The notes: generated by a model from the sequence alone, not told the origin. 63,097 bases of DNA, filler included, from Octopus bimaculoides (GCF_001194135.2; 6 parts of 6 records of this genome joined end to end with filler, not necessarily neighbours in it), one strand, 5' to 3'; numbered from the whole stretch's first letter, positions 1 to 13,985 are shown. Program-made: numbers and translations.

Positions 1-240
1 TATATATGTATATATATATATATATGTATGTATATATATATGTATGTATATATATATATATGTATGTATATATATATGTGTGTGTGTGTATATATATATG
101 TATGTATATATATATGTGTGTGTGTGTATATATATATGTATATATATATATATATTTACATAAATATATATATAGATATGGGTGTATGTGCTCGAATAAA
201 TGCGTGTGTACATATATGTACATGCGTATATATAAATATA
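1..240. repeat. Compound (TA)n/(TG)n microsatellite
   Basis: Pure dinucleotide tract. It is one of dozens in the window (e.g. 14.0, 21.3-21.7, 45.1, 53.3-54.6 kb). Confidence 0.95.
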
Positions 241-2367
241 AAAGAGAAAGTAAAAAAGCAAAGAAACAACTCAGACAATTTTCTTCTCAAATAGTTTTCT
301 CTTGTTTAGACAAGCACTTGTGTTTCTCAGCATTATTGCATTGGGATAATAAACATCATGCAGAATAAAACGAAAGCAATAAAAGCTTAAGTAGGATGGT
401 GATAGGATCATAGTGGAGTCTTATTGATTATTATCCATGACAGGTTGAAAGAAAAAATATCAAAAACTGATGAAGAATCCTAGCAACACAAGAATTATCT
501 AAAGTATTAAAATTCTAATCTTACATATTTGGAAACGAAGATGTCATTTTTTGAGATTTTATGTAAGTTTTGATGGAAAATAATGGCGTAACCTATAATC
601 TTATTGTAGAATGAAAACATAATTTCGGAATCATTTAGGGAGTTATGTGCTTATTTTCGATTTTAATTTTTAACTTAGTGTTTACTTGCAATTTTGGAGT
701 AAATTTTCCTACAACAAAATCTGAAAATGTCAGGTATCTTTATAATCATTTGTCAAGTACGATAAAATAAGTACATTTTCTTGTAATCTAAAAATTCGAA
801 CAAACTAATTTTTGTAGATTAGTAAGTTCTAGTCGTTTTTTTCTTTTTTGCTTCAGTTTGTTTTTCTAGTCTAGTTATTGACTAGTAAGTTGAACAGTGA
901 GCACCTACAGGCATTTTTTGTTTATATTAGAATACATTTCGTTGTAAAGAAAATAATAAGTTTCCATCATACTACATTGATAAACCCTGACGATTGTTTT
1001 GAAACGCCAATTATTGATTTTATAGAATGTTTTCTAGTACTACCAATTTTGCATCACTAACAGTAACTGATGAATCGGTCTATTCGAAATTACTTCTCTC
1101 AGTCAAATTCACACCATCCTTTATTGTTCCAAAATTTGGCCTTCTACCAGTTAGGCTTGACTGAACAAATACAAAGCAATCAAATGGAATCTTAATAATA
1201 GAGAAAGTGTTTAATGATATACGTAACTCACAAACTTACTGACATTCTAAGCTAGTTATTAACATTATTTACAAGAACTACTTCAATGATACTTTTCAGC
1301 TAAGAAAGGTATTTCTTCACATACAAATCTACAAATAACTTATGAAGAGTTACAACAAACCATTCTTCCCCTAACGGAAGTGTTATGTTGTTCATACAGA
1401 AAACATTAGAATATAGAATAAGACATGCCAATAATAATTTCAGATACACTGACTTAGTTAATATAGATGTAGACTATCTTCTTGTTTGCTGTGGAAGAAA
1501 TTTAATTGTCGATAGTTAAAGTAACTATATTTCATAACATTTACCTGGCCAAAATAAATTTACTCTATCATGCGAGATTACATCTTCGATATGTTTTAGC
1601 TTTATCAGATAACTATATTGATTCCGTCCTCTATGATTGATAGCTGTAAAGCTTAATTGTTAATATCCTAGAAACCTGAGATTTTCAAGGAAGTTGAAAT
1701 GATACGTTTTGCATTGGCCGTTCATTTAAATGATGCGAATTGACTTCAGTTGGAAGTTAAAACATCGGCTGGCCGGAAACATATGAAACTAAAAATTCGT
1801 ATTGATGTATTATATTATTACGCGATTACTTTTAGTCGTAACAGTATTAATTGTATCGATAACACATCTGTAGATGTAGACCAGCTACACAATACTCGGA
1901 GAGTTGGGTTTCAAAGGCTGCGTAAGAACTGTCACAATCAAGCGCTTGTCCGACGTTGCTGAAAAGAGCTCAATGTAGATATGGCCGAAAAGGTACGACC
2001 AATGGACCTAGTTATGGATTCCATTGGTTATTTACTAGAATAGAAGGAAGAAGAGTACTTTGATACTGTCTGAATTAATTTGCACACTACTGTACAACTC
2101 GGATGCGAGTTAACGCCGACACCGACGTGAAAATTTATTAGCCTTTTAAAGAAAGAAATTCAATGGTTATAACAAGAGACGTGTTCTTTTTTATAGTAAC
2201 TTGACAAATCTATGGAAATATTTATTCTTTCTAAAGGAGCACTCTATTCACTAAACCGGGTGCAATTACATTTCTAGAAACAAATGTATTTACGTACAAA
2301 TACAAACATATATCTGTACGAAAAGTTATACCTTATAAGCAGTGAAAGACATCCATTTGTAATGTAG

Positions 2368-2460
2368 AAATTCATAAAGAACAAGACAAGGCCTATATAC
2401 AGATCTATTTTTACGTTTTGGTTGATGTCTATGAAGAAGTGGCTGGTTTCTGAGCTGGAT
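2368..2460 (+). other. Candidate exon (93 nt, phase 0-0): KFIKNKTRPIYRSIFTFWLMSMKKWLVSELD
   Basis: tgtag|AAA...GAT|gtaagc. Only one of the three frames is open. Confidence 0.3.
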
Positions 2461-2773
2461 GTAAGCCTCCCATATTAAAAGTTTGATATTAATACAGTAA
2501 AACAGTCAAGAGTTAAATTCTGAACGTTAGAAAGTATTTTCATGTTTTTAGTGTCCCTCTCACAAATATTGAATTATATCCTCCACAGAAGAGAAACATT
2601 ATTCACATTTACCGTTGCATTAGAAGAATATAAGGATTTCACTTCCTGTTCTTTCGTTCGATATTTATTGGATTGCACATGTAAAAATCTTTGTGGGGTG
2701 TCGGATTGCAACGGTCGCGTGTCCAAGCGAGGCCGCACTTGATGTTATGTTTTAATATTCTTCAAATTTACAG

Positions 2774-2827
2774 GAAACGGACTTGTACATGACATGCAGA
2801 ACATTTTACTTCCGAATTTTTGCTGAG
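2774..2827 (+). other. Candidate exon (54 nt, phase 0-0): ETDLYMTCRTFYFRIFAE
   Basis: tttacag|GAA...GAG|gtatgt. Strong splice sites, in phase with 2368-2460. Confidence 0.35.
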
Positions 2828-3659
2828 GTATGTTGGTCCTGCGCTTCTAGGTTTCCATAGAATGTTCTAAGGAAATGCATATTGAGGTGTTCACTAGTGA
2901 TGCACAGATTATTGTTTTCTTCACGTTTGTGCGCTTAATTGATGTATGTATTTTTACCGCGATCGTTTAGCAGATGATGTCTGAGTGATACCATACGGCA
3001 CTCAAATGCTATCTGCACAGACCATATGTCGATACTTTTTTTTATGACTGCAGACTCTGTTAGTATTGCTGTTTTTGGGTGAGGGGAGGTGGTGGTTTTG
3101 TAGTTTGTGTTTGGATCTTGCGAGTTTTGAATGCTTATGGAAGATATTTCCTTGAAAGGTCACGTTTTTAATCCAAGATAACAATTTAGAAAATACCTGA
3201 GGACCGTGAATACTAGAAACAAATATGAAGCGAAGAAGACTTTGTTGAGGATATTATACTGTATAAGCAGAGAGAACAAACTAATGGAAAGAAGGGGAAT
3301 ATTTTGACAATGACTTCAAATTCATCACCATTATTGCAGTTTTAGTGCTGATTTGCAACAAAAGATCGATATGAAACATCGGCACCGTTTTGAAAGGGCA
3401 CCATCAGTAATGGTAACAAAGAAAGTCCGGAAACATTCTGGACAACAAGAAGGCGCTGTGTCTACTCAAAACGAGTACCAAAGATAATCCTCTGACAGAG
3501 AAGTGTTCCGTTCACCGGAGTATCATGCATTGTGAGATTGTTAAACACCAAACAAAAGCGGGATAAGCTGTAGCCTGAAGAAGAGCTGCAGGTAGACGAC
3601 AGCCGTTAAAAATGCATACATACATAAATACATACTAGATACGCTGTATGTGTGTATGT

Positions 3660-4020
<361 letters not shown>

Positions 4021-4263
4021 TGCTTGCCTTTCTCTTTTGCGTGGATGTGTCTGTGTATATATGCATATAACACTTAAACACATTATGAAGGACCAACTAA
4101 AATATGGAGTTATGAAGTATATAAATCTTGTCACAAAATTCAAACCATGAACCACTATATTTTGGTCCAGTTCTCATCTCAGTATTACTTAGATCTTGTG
4201 TTTAGCTAGCTCTCTCCTCTCTCTTTCTCTTGAGTATAGTTGTATAATCATACAATATGTATA

Positions 4264-4477
4264 CAGTAATCCCTCGACTATAGCGGGTGTTAATTCCCTC
4301 ACCGCGATAGATTAAGATCCGTGAAGTAGAAACAGTACTGTATATTAAAAAAAAAAAAATTTTATAATTTGTATATATTTATTTTATTATAAATGCAAAA
4401 CAACACCATGGAGGAATCGACGTAAGCTTAAATAATAAACCGCGATGGGTGAACCGCGATATGGCGAGGGATTACTG
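4264..4477. mobile_element. pogo/Tigger-like MITE (Tc1/mariner superfamily), 214 bp
   Basis: TIRs CAGTAATCCCTCG / CGAGGGATTACTG with a TA duplication on both sides. Confidence 0.85.
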
Positions 4478-5197
4478 TAAATATTGTTATCAACTGTGTT
4501 CACAGACACACATACATATAACACATTAATATCTGAATATTGCATATTTACATTACAGCCTCCAGCTTTGCAATCACTTGGCTCGTTGCTTAATGTGACA
4601 TAAGTTGTATAATTCAGCTTCATCCACATTGAATTTCGATGAATGAATCAATTTAACGCAGTCATCCTTTTGAATTGATAGCTTATTCATTTTGAAATGT
4701 ATCAACTACCAGCTGCAGAAGACCCTAACCAAATAATTCAATGGTTTGTATGTACAAATTGTAGTGAGTAGCAAACTCAAAATAGTCAATTTCTTTGACA
4801 CAAGGTTTAAACTTAACAACAAAGTTCAACATTTTTTTGAAGCAAATGATAAATGCAAATTAATTTCAAGATCTCGAGTGCTGAGGTTTCCAGAACGAAG
4901 GCGAAATGGTACTATCCACTACTACTGGAGTATCTAATAAATGAATTATATGACAATATGAATATTATATGCTCTTTCACAATTTTCACTTTAAAAAAAT
5001 GATCTCTCAACATAAGAAAAAATATATAAATCGTTAAGGGGTTCTCTCCCCTTAAAAAGAACATTCACCTACTTCCTCGTCTCACAGTCATCTCTCACTC
5101 ACACAGTCATCTCTCTCTCTCTCTCTTTCTTTCTTTCCCTTACCCCATTAACAACTATAAGCAGTAGTGGCAGTTTCTAGTCAAATAACCACGAATA

Positions 5198-5429
5198 CAG
5201 GATTGGCCAAAAGTCACCCGACAGTAAATCAAAATTCCATAAATACTATCTGTAAATCTGTATTTACTCGAATGGAAAAAATGTGTCGCTGAAGAAGGAC
5301 TTCAGTTTGAACAATTTTCCTGATGTTTCATATTCAGATGCTTTTATTAAATTCACTCAGTTGTTAAACAAATGAATCTTGAAATTAAACGGTTTTGTTT
5401 TACTATCAGGTGACTTTTGGCCAACACTG
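5198..5429. mobile_element. Tc1/mariner-like MITE, 232 bp
   Basis: About 31-bp TIRs: CAGGATTGGCCAAAAGTCACCCGACAGTAAA versus the reverse complement of the right end, CAGTGTTGGCCAAAAGTCACCTGATAGTAAA. TA TSD. Confidence 0.85.
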
Positions 5430-5589
5430 TACTAGTGTTATAGTTAGTTTATAATTTGAACACCAGACTTGTGTTTTTAGCAATCTATATAAAATTCAGA
5501 TAAAAGACGCAAACTACCTTTTATAATAGGGTAGTAAATTTATATGAAACAACGTACACGCTTCGAGATATTTTATAGAAAATATTAAA

Positions 5590-6200
5590 CATCAGAAATA
5601 AATACAGCCTTTTAAGATGAAATGCAAATGAAATGTCACATGGTTTAATCCAACACATTCAATCAATGTCAGTACTCCGATTAGAAAAATATTTCTCCAT
5701 CTTGTCAAATTGCATTACACTTCTAGATGTAAATAGTGAAATGTTCTCAACACATATTCGCTAAAAATAAGCTATTAAAACAATATAAAAAAAAACTCCT
5801 TTAACCCACAATCAACTATAAAATATAATCATGATTTATTCATATAACCGAATCATAAATAAGGTTAATACCCGGAAACGCAATTGCTAAGTACAAACCG
5901 TATCCCTGGTGAATGGTGATTGTCTCAAAATATCAGTTATGCATTCATCTATTGTCACATCTAACATTAATTAGATGAAAATATGTTACATCGGATTAAC
6001 AAAAATCATATTAAGGTTAAGCAGTAACATCAGAGTTATACGTTTAGAGCAATATCAATACGATCGCTCATTAATCAGGTGATTTATATTTGGTCTTTGA
6101 AAAATATTAATTTAATCTAAAACATTAGATGTTGCATCTAAAATAAAAGAGTGCCTTATACGTAATCATTGTGAAATATAGAATATCTGAAATATCCAAT
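5590..6200 (+). mobile_element. Decayed Penelope-like element, linker plus C-terminal GIY-YIG endonuclease
   Basis: Translates to NVTWFNPTHSINVSTPIRKIFLHLVK...SLKISY (PLE WFNPP.S.NV.T.IG..FL..KVSY motif), then NGDCLKISVMH..VTSN...CYIGLT. Confidence 0.75.
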
Positions 6201-6789
6201 CTGCATATATATCCGTGAGATATACAATATTACTAAAATATTGATTACACATTCTGACCTAATTTCTTTGCACCCACATATACAAAAGTAATTTCATAGA
6301 TACCGCTATAGTAGGCCACCATCTGTATACTAAAATAGGGATAAATACAATTATTTATCTTAAAAACTATTTGATATATTACATATAACGATAGTCTTAT
6401 ACAAGTCTCAACTTGAGAATATATATACCGTCATATCCCGAAAAAAAAAATATATATAAGTTTACTTCAAAATATGTTGATTTTTCGTTTTCAATCATGG
6501 GGGATTTACATAAAACTGTATCAACATAAATTAATGGTCACATAATTTACCATTACACGTTAAAACCTGATGACACTCATACATGTCCATCCCGTAATTA
6601 TGCACTATTCTCTAATCATAATAATGAATGATAACCAGAATTTAAAAATTAAAAAAAAAATAACGAATAATAACAACATTCTTTTCTACTCTAGGTACAA
6701 GGCCCGAATAACACTAATAACAAAGTGGAAGATCTCATACTTTTGGCAATCACCCTAAAAATGGTGAGAAGTCTCGCCTGGAGAGAGCG

Positions 6790-8690
6790 CTATTGGAGAT
6801 TTAGAAAAGTCTGCATCAGTCTCATGAAAAGGAGAGAGCAAATAAAGAAGCTTGAGTTATATAAAATATCAAGTCGAATCCTATAGCTTTCTTTAAGTTT
6901 GTCAAAGAAACAGCCTCAGTACGCCACAAATATAGGAATCCTCTTTCAAAAATATGGTTCCCTCACAAGGAACCCCATGTGGATAAGTGAAATGAACAGT
7001 TCTAAAGTAAATGAACAATTCCAAAGTGTGTTCACTCCAGCTCTTGGACACTGGCAAGTGAACAAACCAGCAGAGTTCTTTGCCACTTTACCTGTAAACA
7101 AAAAGGCGAAAATTGAGTGCATCAACATTGGAGAAGACGTAACACTGTAGCCATAGATGGGTTTGACGCAAACTCAGCTGCTGGCCCTCATAAATCTCCA
7201 GTGGTTCTTCTGAAATTGTGCAAACGAGCCTTTGCAAAACCATGGCAGCTTTTTTTTGCAGAGCTTTCTTGCAGATGCTAAAAATTATAGGGCTCACACA
7301 TCAGCAAAGTTATGGAATGAATAGTCTGCAAGTAACTAATCAAGTTCCTTGAAGAAAATGACTTGCTGACTGAAACACAGCATGGATTTCGACAAGGTAG
7401 AAGCTGTCTAACACAGCTCTTGCAACACTACAACTGGGTCTTAAAACAGGTGCTAAATGACTCAAGTGTGGTTGTGAAACATCTCAACTTTGCAAAAGCC
7501 CTTGATAAAGTGGACCATGGTATGATATGTCACAAACTGCGTGATCCAGGCGGAAAACTTGGAGAGTGGCTGCACCACTTTCTAATAGACAGACGTCAGG
7601 CAGTAGTGGACAAAGGAGCCACCTCCAACGAAACACAAATAGCACGTGGTGATCCACAGGCTACTGCTATTCATAGTGGCCCTCTGAGACATGCTCTCAT
7701 CTGCTCAAGTAGCTACCTTTACTAGCTATGCAGATGGCACAAGTCTCTCAGACAATACAAAATCCTGGAAATACTGCACATCTGCAACGAGAGTTGGATG
7801 CAATATACAGGTAGGCTGAAAACAAAAACATGCAGTTTAATGCAGGAATATTCCAAACCCTGCACTACGAGCGCACAAAGCTTAACGACATGCAGAGAGG
7901 ATACACTGGCCGAGGAGGAATTGCAATCGCTGAATCGAAATCAGTATGTGACCTGAGCATTGACATGAGCAATGAGGCATCTTTCCAAGTGCATATTACT
8001 AATTTGATAATACAATGCAGAGGGCTAGCTGGATGGATCCTCCGAAATTTCAAAACAAGAGAGAAGGAGACATTGATAGTTCTTTGGAGGACATATGTCC
8101 TCTGTCTCTTCGACTACTGCTCCCAACTATGGTCACCACACAACGGCGGAACTCGAAGCGATCCAACGAAGCTACACCAAGAAAAGCGTCTCAATGTAAC
8201 GGATCAGCTACTGGAAAGGACTGAGAAAATTAAAACTCCTCTCCCCAGAATGAAGGCTAGAAAAACATTCAGGCATATACCCCTGGAAAATCCTGGAAGG
8301 CCTTGTATAATAAAAAAACCGTTACTCAAACAGCAGAACTGGGCAACACTTCATAGTTCCAAAGATCCAAGCATTGCCATCAAAATACAGGACTAGATAC
8401 TGCAACAGCTTGGGCTTCAAGGGCCCACAACACTTCAGTATCCTTCCAAAATGCCTGAGAGACATGCCGAGTATGGATGTGTATTCAAAACAAAACTGGA
8501 TCTCTACTTGTCAAGGGTTCCAGATGAGCCTACCTCACAGCAGTAACACAGATAAGGGCAGCAGCATCACACTCCCTCATTGACCAAATGCCACATATCA
8601 GAAGAGGTTTCGAATCATGGTGTAGCGCAGCCAACAGTGGTGCCCCAGCATGACCGCAACTTTGAAGGTGAAATATTTTAAAGATTAAAG
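6790..8690 (+). mobile_element. 5'-truncated CR1/Jockey-like LINE, decayed reverse transcriptase
   Basis: NIKSNPIAFFKF, NEQFQSVFT, QHGFRQGRSCLTQLL, NFAKALDKVDHG, YADG (YADD), LFDYCSQLWSPH. Several frameshifts. Confidence 0.9.
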
Positions 8691-8693
8691 ATA

Positions 8694-8735
<42 letters not shown>

Positions 8736-9173
8736 GTGCATGCATATGTATACACACGCGCACATATGTGCATACACATTTACATACGCATGTGTGTTTG
8801 TGTGCTTATATGCGTGTGTGTCTGTGTGTGTGTGTGGGGGGGGAGGTGCGCGTGTACATATACATGTTAACACATATTATTGGACAAATATTACACCTTC
8901 GCTGGTGAATATCGAGGAAATACTTTCGCTTTCGTTTAGTAAGTGATAATTCTTACTCTCAAAGTCAACTGAACCATTTCAGATTCTCTTGACCATTACA
9001 AAAGGTATTATACTTTAGGTTTTATTTACTTGTTTACTGTTTGTTTAATTATACAATCGTGTTTAATTATGCTGTTCAAATTAGTTTGGTGTAGTGGGTA
9101 GTGAAGATATGCCGTTTGCAGCAAGCAAACTCTTTGACTCCTTTAGACGATGTTACAATGTTTTCCATTCCTA

Positions 9174-9206
<33 letters not shown>

Positions 9207-9221
9207 ACGCTTCTCTTTGAA

Positions 9222-9256
<35 letters not shown>

Positions 9257-9879
9257 GTTCTATCTACAGGTTATTAGTGTCGCTATGCCTAAGTGAAATG
9301 GATATGTGTGTATATATATATATATATTTATATATACCTAGTTTGATACTGTGTGTACTGAGTTCCCCGAGGACTCTTAGTTTGTTAGTTTAACCTTCTT
9401 TATTACATGGTTGAAGCTGTGATGTCTACTTGCTCTGTAGCGAGTACGGTTATACGACTTATAGAGAAATGAAATTCGATTCGATTGAAAGATGTTGCAC
9501 AATTTTTTCCAACTTCCACCCCTCCTTCTCCCTCTCTCTTTCTTTTACCCTTTCCATGTCTCCCGCACACTCTCACGCACATATAGGTTCCTTCAATTTC
9601 TTTTTGTTTTAATTCCTTGTACAGGAAATTCTATTTATTTTTCACTCTCATAATATGATGGAAACTTTTTGCACGGTCCGTGTATTTTAATTTTAGTAGA
9701 GAACTACAAAATAAATATTTAAAAATAAAAATACCCTCCAAATTTATTTCGGCTTAGCTAATCACTTTTCAGCTCCTTTTGTAGTAATCGGAGAATCAGA
9801 GCAGTTTCAATTGAGATCTTCCCGTAAACTTGTTGGATCTAAAATACTTGAAATTGCCATCGGCTAAGCGAGATAACAG

Positions 9880-9942
9880 ATTTTAATATGAAGCTCTTCA
9901 CGGCCTGACATGGATCGGTGTAGAATGTCGTTGCTTAATCAG
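9880..9942 (+). other. Candidate short exon ending at a strong donor (AATCAG|gtgagt)
   Basis: Consensus donor at 9943 and a second one (AAACG|gtaagt) about 36 nt downstream. Short ATG-led frame MDRCRMSLLNQ. The acceptor is weak. Confidence 0.25.
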
Positions 9943-10328
9943 GTGAGTGACTAATCAGGCAATCAGTGTGTAGTAAACGGTAAGTTACGCGCTAACCACA
10001 TTAGAAAACCTTTTTATGGAGTTTAAATTGCCAAAACTACAAAACAATACAAATCCATTCTTCCAATTGAGAAAAATTCAAGTAGCAGGCAACAAAAGCA
10101 GAATAGAAAAACAGAACGAGCGATGGGAATTTTACATACATATATGCATACATACGTACGTACGTACATACATACGTACATGCATACGTACATGCATTTC
10201 TATAAGTATGTATATATATATATATATATATGTTTACATATATGTATATGCATGTTTATGCATATGTATATATGCATGTGTATGTATGTATAGGCATGTG
10301 TTTGCGCGTAATTACACGCACACGCACA

Positions 10329-10397
<69 letters not shown>

Positions 10398-11045
10398 TAT
10401 ATATACATATAAATGTGCTTGTGTGTGTAATATTAAAACCAAAAACAACTTAAGACTAGAAAGCTATATTTAGGGTAATAGCAAATGTTAGCGATGAAGA
10501 TAGTGAAGATGATGATGATGATAATGATGGTGGTAGTGCTGGTTGTGGTGCAGACGATGAGTTTGGTAGTAGTAGTAGTCGTAGTGGTGGTGGTGGTGGT
10601 GGTGCTCATACTACTACTAGCGTTAATAATATTTTTGACGAAGTTTTTAAATGTAAGTTTATAGTTGCACTTGTTTGGCGTTTCTCGTTCGTTTCCTCAT
10701 TGCTGTGTCATTATCGTTCTTGTCTCCGCTACCATCACCAAGATTACCACCACCACCATCACCACCACCACTACTACCAGCCACATAACCGTCACATTTA
10801 ACAGCACCACGATCACCACCAAGTACTTCCACTGCCACCGTCAGCATAATCATTATCATCTTTATCGGGATTCTACGACTACTACCGCTGCTGCTACCAC
10901 TACTACTACTACTACTACTATTACTACTACTACTACTTTTTCTTCTTCTTCTTCTTCTTCTTCTTCTTCTCATTACTATTATTAGTGTTAGAATTATTTA
11001 GATATCTTAAATTGGATTTCGAAAAAAAGATAGTAATGAAAGTGG

Positions 11046-11082
<37 letters not shown>

Positions 11083-11139
11083 GATAACAACAACAATAAT
11101 AATAAATATAATACTGATAACAACAATAATAATAATAAT

Positions 11140-11300
11140 AAGGGTTTCAATTTTTGGCACAAGGCCAGCAATTTGGAGAAAGGGTGAAATTCGATCCCAA
11201 TAGTCAACGTAGTTTATCGATCCCGTAGGGATGAAAGGCAAAGTCAACCTTAGCAGGTTTTCAACTCAGAACATTAAGATGGACGAAATGAATGTTGCCA
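11140..11300 (-). mobile_element. SINE family B fragment
   Basis: tttggcacaaggccagcaattt...gatgaaaggcaaagtcaacct...aactcagaac, shared with the 12.4, 28.5, 32.0, 44.8 and 51 kb copies. Confidence 0.8.
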
Positions 11301-11318
11301 ACGATTCTGCCAATAATG

Positions 11319-11351
<33 letters not shown>

Positions 11352-11361
11352 TTAGTAATAA

Positions 11362-11469
11362 ATGCCCCGACGCAGTACCAGGCAGTGGCTCTCATGATTA
11401 TGCCCTGATGCAGTTCCAGGCAGTGGCCCCCATGGCTATGCCTTGATGCAGTACCAGGCAGTGGCTCTC
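11362..11469. repeat. 38-bp minisatellite, about 2.8 units
   Basis: atgccc(c/t)ga(c/t)gcagt(a/t)ccaggcagtggc unit repeated head to tail at 11362, 11400 and 11438. Confidence 0.9.
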
Positions 11470-12037
11470 CTTATCTTAACTGACTGGAAGTGTTATCATG
11501 TACATTGTTTTGTCTAGGTGTAAAAGATGAGCTACAACAAATATTCTATTCTCAATACCATAGATTTCCTTGTCCGTCATTTGACCGTAACCAGTTGAGC
11601 ATGTCCCTTAGTGGCTGACGATATGTGCATCTCTGATCACGAGAAGAAGTAGTGGTGAACATCATAGCCACGTGTTGAGAGAAATTTGTTTNNNNNNNNN
11701 NNNNNNNNNNNNNNNNNNNNNNNNNNNNNNNGGGGTGGGGGTGGGTGGTGGTGGATAATTCACCTCTGGAAACGTGTTTCGTTCACAATCCTTAAACAAG
11801 CGCTTATTCAGGCATCTTTTCAGTGGAATGGGCTACTCAACTTGAAGAAAATTCTAACTGGGCCCCACCTGCAAAGCCATGTGGTGTTTATCTTGATATG
11901 AGATCACCGTGTCGTGCACATATGGTTGTGATGCATGTGCCTGGTGTACCCTTATCAGACGGGTAGTGATGAGGGGTATACAGGGCTTCGTATATTTTAG
12001 CCCAGTGTTACTTTGATGGCATGCGCTGCTGTCTCAC
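11470..12037. mobile_element. Unclassified interspersed repeat, probably retroposon-derived, split by an N gap
   Basis: GC-richer complex sequence bounded by (AAT)n tracts. It resembles a common octopus repeat from memory only; class not determined. Confidence 0.4.
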
Positions 12038-12083
12038 TCAATAATAATAATGGTAATCATAATCATCATCATAATAATAATGC

Positions 12084-12410
12084 TGAGACCCCCTTCGGTC
12101 ATGACTGACCATGGGATTGCACCTAGAAAGTTACCCAAGTCCGGGCAAGATTGTTTATGGAAGACCAGCAGTCGCCCATGCATACCGGACTCCCCTCTGC
12201 ACGCCACCGATGTCAGCCAAGGGAAAGGCAAAGGCCGATACAGCTTGGCACCAATGACGTCGCAACTCATTTCTACAGCTGAGTGAACTGGAGCAACGTG
12301 AAATAAAGTGTCTTGCTCAAGAACACAACACGCAGCCCGGTCCGGGATTCGAACCCACAACCACACGATCGTAAGCTAGACGCTCTAACCACTGAGCTAT
12401 GCGCTTTCAC
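12084..12410 (-). mobile_element. tRNA-derived SINE family D, full length
   Basis: Minus strand shows A box TAGCTCAGTGG, B box GTTCGAATCC, a central tcttgagcaagacactttatttcacgttgctccag domain and an (ATT)-type tail. Confidence 0.9.
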
Positions 12411-12439
12411 ATAGTAATAATAATAATAATAAATAATAA

Positions 12440-12660
12440 TGGTTCCAAATTTCGACACAAGGCCAGTAATTTTGGGGAGGGGATAAGTTGATTGCATCGA
12501 CTCCAGTGTTCAGCTGATACGTAATTTATGGACACTGGACGGATGAAAGGCAAAGCCGACCTTAGCAGAATTGGAACTCAGAACCTAGAAAAACCGGGAA
12601 ACATGCCGCTAAGCATTTTGTCTAGTGTGCTGATAACTTTATAAGTTCGCCACCTTAAAA
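12440..12660 (-). mobile_element. SINE family B
   Basis: Same family sequence as 28545-28772, ending ...gttcgccacct. Confidence 0.8.
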
Positions 12661-13081
12661 TAATAATAATAACAATAATAGTAATGATGATGATGATAAT
12701 AATAACAATAATAATAATAATAACAACAACAACAACGATAATAATTATAACGATGATAATGATAAATAGAAATAACAAAAGAGCACGCTTATAAAATATA
12801 AAGCAAAATATAGAAAAATTGAAGAATGAAAAGAAAATATAAAATAACTTCATCAACAAAGGAAACAGAAACAAACTGCTTGATCAGAATAGCTGACCAA
12901 AAAGATTGACAACAATAGACAACGAATCAATATAGTTCATAATAATGTTTCTTCGTAGAAATTGGCAAAAAGAAGCGATTGGTTAATAAGAGGCAATATC
13001 TAGTTTAAAATGCGATGCAAAGAGAATAGGAATTCAATTGGGTTAGAATGGCAGGAATTATATATATATGTATATGTGTGT

Positions 13082-13119
<38 letters not shown>

Positions 13120-13286
13120 GTGTGTGTATGTGTGTGTGTTTGTGTGTGTGTTATCTAAAGTTTCTTTGTCCTTCTAACACTATACTTCTCTCTATATTTT
13201 GTCTTTTTCACTTTTCCGCCATTTTTTAGTCGTACCTTCTCGATACTTTCTACTCTATCTCTTACTCACTTTATCTAGTTTTTCTT

Positions 13287-13364
<78 letters not shown>

Positions 13365-13688
13365 ACACACATATATACACAAGCACAAACACACACGGAC
13401 ACGCATACGCACAAAACACGTACACATGCACGGACACACAATGGCAGCACACACGTGCCCATGTTGCAGGAGTTGTCTTTATATTCAACCTCTATTCCCT
13501 CTTTCTCGCTTTCTCTTTCCCTCTCCTTAAGCCCTCCCTCTGTTCTTTCTTTATTTGCTGTCTAATTTCCTATACAGTGTTAACAGCCTATCAAATCGTT
13601 TCAATCTTTCTTCTTTTTCCAACACATTCACGCACACTGATACATTTATACATACAAAGAGACACACACACACACACTGGCACCCATT

Positions 13689-13741
<53 letters not shown>

Positions 13742-13817
13742 TCATTTTACATATAAGTATGCGCCTCTACGTGCATGTATCCATCTACCTATCTATCAAG
13801 TTGCTCATATACATACG

Positions 13818-13865
<48 letters not shown>

Positions 13866-13985
13866 TGATTATGCACATATATGTATATATGAATGTATAC
13901 ATCATATATATGTGTATGTGTGTGTGTGTGACCGCGTGTAAGTGCGTGTGCCCGTGTGTATATATGCATATGTATATATACATTC

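Larger units (their letters stand above)
451..3600 (+). pseudogene. Possible decayed coding region or unprocessed pseudogene of unknown identity
   Basis: Unique, microsatellite-free sequence with stop-poor frames: 1027-1239 has one TGA; 1672-2040 has 123 codons and two TGA. Phase-compatible AG/GT-bounded segments lie at 451-562, 679-733, 1026-1231, 2368-2460 and 2774-2827. No family motif recognised, and the strand is not certain. Confidence 0.3.

Noticed and set aside
1896-1958. Minus-strand 63-nt exon candidate (ttttcag|...TSDKRLIVTVLTQPLKPNSP)
   Set aside because: Weak donor and no phase-compatible minus-strand neighbours found. It overlaps the plus-strand stop-poor frame.
1162-1962. Selenocysteine read-through of the in-frame TGAs at 1162, 1741 and 1960
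   Set aside because: Neighbouring segments contain TAA and TAG stops and frameshifts, and no SECIS is recognisable. Decay is the simpler explanation.
2640-2860. RNB/RNase II-like motifs (IAHVKIFV; HFTSEFLLRY...HRM)
   Set aside because: The pieces are in different frames and only about 40 codons apart, far closer than in RNB domains, and key residues are missing.
4575-4690. Minus-strand peptide MNKLSIQKDDCVKLIHSSKFNVDEAELYNLC, resembling a BACK-domain motif
   Set aside because: Short, flanked by stops, no convincing splice sites and no adjacent BTB sequence. The resemblance could be chance.
11362-11469. CRISPR-like array
   Set aside because: Eukaryotic context; the units are contiguous tandem repeats with no unique spacers. 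The same holds for the 15-bp units at 25.0 and 25.9 kb.
12335-12410. tRNA gene (A and B boxes on the minus strand; similar heads at 16.3, 21.2, 57.9 and 59.7 kb)
   Set aside because: Anticodon and acceptor stems do not pair, and each head continues into a multi-copy SINE body.
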